Shown piece by piece: positions 60,786-64,000 of a stretch of 64,000 bases of DNA. The notes under the pieces were generated by a model, which saw only the letters and a list, made by a program, of their open reading frames with translations, was not told the DNA's origin and ran no database searches. The stretch comes from Camelus ferus (lineage: Eukaryota). Every line of letters starts with the position of its first letter. Position 1 is the first letter of the stretch. Both the position numbers and the translations under genes were made by a program. The stretch covers positions 48,796,001 to 48,860,000 of the forward strand of contig NC_045697.1 of assembly GCF_009834535.1 (NCBI RefSeq). The letters run 5' to 3'.

Positions 60786-60947
60786 CTGTGGTTCTTCAGG
60801 GTGCATCAGAATCACCTGGAAGGCCTGATAAACCATCAATTACTAGGCCAAAATCCCAGAGTTTCTGATACAGTAGGTCCATAGAAGGGCCCCAGAATTT
60901 GCATTTATAGAAGGTCCTACCCAGTGATCGCACTTTTGAGAACCCTG
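60786..60947 (+). mobile_element. MER5A-like hAT element
   Basis: GTGGTTCT...GTGCATCAGAATCACCTGGAAGG...CCAGAATTTGCATTT...CACTTTTGAGAACCCTG. Confidence 0.8.
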
Positions 60948-61864
60948 TAATCTACCCTGGGTTAAGCCTGGAGGAATCCAATTACCAAAGATTTCCCATC
61001 ATACCAAGAACATAACCTCCCACCTAAGACAAGGGGCTTGCAGTTAGAGAAGAAGGGAAGCATACAGCATAGTAAGAAATAGCAAGAAAGCCCAGAGTTC
61101 TCCATTCCAGGCTATGGTGGGAATGAGGGTAAGAAGGGTGGCAAGTCACACTGTCAGAACCAAGTTCTGGTTTTGCCTCTCTGGCCTCAGGGAGAGCAGG
61201 GCAAGCATGTGAGGTAAGTGAGGGGACTGTCCAGGGTATCAGGGAATCTTGGCTCCATTGTTCTGCTGGAGACTCCAGGAGAAGGTCACTGGGCAGAGGG
61301 CCTGGCCCAGCTCAGTTTAGATGGACATCAGGTGCCAGCCAGTCAACTTGGACGAGGCAACTATGATGGAGTGAGACGATCCTGGGTTGGACCCCAGGGC
61401 CAGGGGTTGCTGAGATGGAGAAGTTGGCAGATGCTAAGGTGTCTGAGCTCATGATGCTGAGCAAAGGCTGAGTCAGTCAGTGGGAGGTTGCCAGGGGATC
61501 CCCAAGGGCATTGGTCAGGCCAACACTGACCATGCTGCAGAATTCTGCAGTAGAGGCCAGCAGTGACAGGGAAGATCACGAACAGAGCCTAGGGACCAGG
61601 GGACAGTGTGTCTGAAGACCTGTACTCACCCCTGCCTGAAAACTCAAGATAGTATTTTGGTGAAGCAGCTGGGCAGCGAAGACAAAAGATGACATCTGAG
61701 AAAGGGGGCATTTTGTGTTAGGGACTGAGTCCCTTAACGGACTATTCAAACAATCAGACCAGGCTAGCTTTTAACTTGGCTAGAACTAAAATTTGATTTG
61801 TTTCCTTGCTAACCAGCAAGTGTGAGTTTGTGAGGAAGACCAGATAAAGTTTCAACAGAATAAA

Positions 61865-62572
61865 AGGGAACCCTCATATACTGCTGGTGGGAATGTAAAT
61901 TGGTACAGCCACTATGGAAAACAGTGTGGAGGTTCCTTAAAAACCTAAAAATAGAACTACCATATGATCCAGCAATTCCACTCCTGGGTATATGTGTGGA
62001 AAACATGAAAACACTAATTTAAAAAGATACGTGCACCCCAATGTTCACAGAAGCACTATTTACAATGGCCAAGACAGAAGCAACTCAAAACCCATCAACA
62101 CATAAATAGATTAAGATGATGTGACATACATATATTATTACTAGGCCACAAAAAAGAATGAAATTCTGCCATTTGCAGCAACTTGGATGGACCCCAAGAA
62201 TATTATGCTTAGTGAAGTAAGAAAGATAGAGAAAGACAAATACTGTATGATATCACTTACATGTGGAATCTAAAAAATAATACAAACGAATGTACATACA
62301 AAACAGAAACAGACTCACAGACAGAGAAAACAAACCTGTGGTTACCAAAGGGGAGAGGAGAGGGGAGGGGTAAATTAGGAATTTAGGATTAGTAGATACA
62401 AACTACTATATATAATAGATTAACAACAAGATCCTATTGTATAGCACAGGGAACTATATTCAATATATTATAATAGCCTATAATGGAAAATAATCTGCAA
62501 AAATACTGAATCACTATGCTATACACCTGAAATTGGCACAATATTGTAAATCCACTATACTGCAATTTTAAA
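61865..62572 (+). mobile_element. L1 3' ~0.7 kb
   Basis: ORF2 end and 3' UTR homologous to the 54.6 and 56.6 kb copies. TSD AAAGTTT(CA/AG)ACAGAATAAA at 61846-61864 and 62573-62591. Confidence 0.95.
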
Positions 62573-63963
62573 AAAGTTTAGACAGAATAAAGAACCTGCA
62601 TTTCCCCCCCTGTACTTCTAAGTTGTTATGTAACTAGGGATGTTAGATAAAATCAGGGATAAACTTTCAGTAAAAAATTATTTACTGTCTGAAATTCAGA
62701 AATAACTGGGCATCTGTATTTTGATGTGCTCAGTCTGGCACCCTTCACGGGACCTATTGATACACGTGTACATGTGGTGATGGAGTTATTAGAGGGTCCC
62801 ATCATTTCACTGCCTATTTCAGCCCACAAATCTCAGTCATTAACAGTCTCGTCACCGTGTCAGTGGAGGGCCATTGACAGAGCTAAACTCCAATTTGCAC
62901 ATATTGGGTTTCAAGTTTGTGTTAATATTCCAGAAACAGTCAAGCAGTAGAGGAAACTAGCTCAGGATAAAACCCTGCAAATAGTTCTACAAAGGGGCAA
63001 ACCCATACCTGAAACACACTGATCACTTTCTTTTCACCACATTCAAACGTGGCTATTCACATTCTAATTATCACAATACACGTTGTGGGTGATTTCCAAA
63101 ATTGTGAAATGAGCCTTTTAATTATAATGTCAAGATATCTGATGTATCTTCTAATCCTCGTCCCCAGCACCCACCATCACTGGCCACTAAGGCTCCCTGA
63201 TGGTACTGGGAGGGGTCGTCCGGGGGGCTGTGTCAGCCACACAGGCTGGAAGGCCAATGTCAGCCTTATGAGGCTGAGGTCACCTTCAGCCCACAACTTG
63301 AAAGCTTCTAATGACAAGACCCACCTATCCACAGAGAGCTGCAACCAATTTGTCCGGGAGATAACACCACTGGAAACACATTCCTTACTGGTGAGATACT
63401 GATAACCTGCAAAATCATTTTAAAAACATGGATAATTGCTTTATCACTGCCATTTTATCTTAGTGTAACGTTGTATTGTTCTCAAAGGACTTCACCTATT
63501 CCTAGCCATGTCTCTGAAGCTTTGCAAGTCATCCCCCAGAAAGGTTCTTAAGGAACAAGAAAAGGAAAGGCAAGTTTGAATACGGAGCCAGGAAAGAGAC
63601 AGGTGTGGAGGAAGAATTCCTGGAAGAGGAAAGAGGTGAGAGAGATGGGGTGGGGTGTGCAGAAAGCAGCGGGTACTGATGCGGAGAAGCCAGGAGGTTT
63701 CATTTGGGTGCTGGCTAGGACAGAGCACAAAGACAAAGTGCCTCTTCTTCAGAAGTTGGATTAGTCCACCCTGCAATGGACAAAGGGTCTTCTAGGGCTA
63801 CAGGTAAGTACTCGTAAGTACTCGTAAGTTAAGTACCTTAAACTCAATAGCATTTATTAAGCATCTACTATCTGGGAGAGAAGTGATTTCTCTTATAAAA
63901 ATAATCAACGTTCCAACATCTCAATATTAAACAGGTATTTCAACCATTAAAAATTATAAAATA

Positions 63964-64000
63964 GGGAAGGTATAGCTCAGAGGCAGAATACATGATTAGC
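63964..64000 (+). mobile_element. 5' part of a Vic-1-like SINE cut by the window end
   Basis: GGGAAGGTATAGCTCAGAGGCAGAATACATGATTAGC matches the heads of the other copies. Confidence 0.8.

Noticed and set aside
1..64000. Naming the host gene, or inferring its strand from L1 orientation
   Set aside because: No coding exon was recognised. L1 orientation (about 9 plus vs 6 minus) is only weakly skewed and is not significant by itself.
1..64000. CRISPR arrays, operons, rRNA or other prokaryote-type systems
   Set aside because: No regularly spaced repeat-spacer array or gene-dense segment is present; the repeat content is eutherian throughout.

Overview
This is mammalian, almost certainly camelid (alpaca/llama/camel), non-coding genomic DNA. 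It carries four complete and one window-truncated tRNA-Ala-derived SINEs of the camelid Vic-1 type, many lineage-type L1 3' ends with target-site duplications (TSDs), and ancient eutherian repeats (L2, MIR, L3/CR1, MER5A, MER20, MER102, MADE2, MLT1). I found no credible protein-coding gene: the track ORFs are either L1 remnants or look like chance ORFs. The window looks intronic or intergenic. Several TE-poor blocks, especially ~45.4-52.4 kb with a small CpG-rich CCAAT/GC-box element at ~50.7-51.1 kb, plus a series of well-formed minus-strand splice signals, suggest alternative promoters and non-coding 5' exons of a large minus-strand gene that I cannot identify. The most unusual directly visible structures are up to three short poly(A)-tailed, TSD-flanked insertions whose bodies I cannot match to a transposon (at ~0.1, ~10.2 and ~40.2 kb). 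They are candidate L1-mediated orphan 3' transductions or tiny retrocopies, one with an inverted L1 piece. I see no evidence for a novel multi-gene system. Repeat family names are from recognition by eye, and boundaries of old repeats are approximate.
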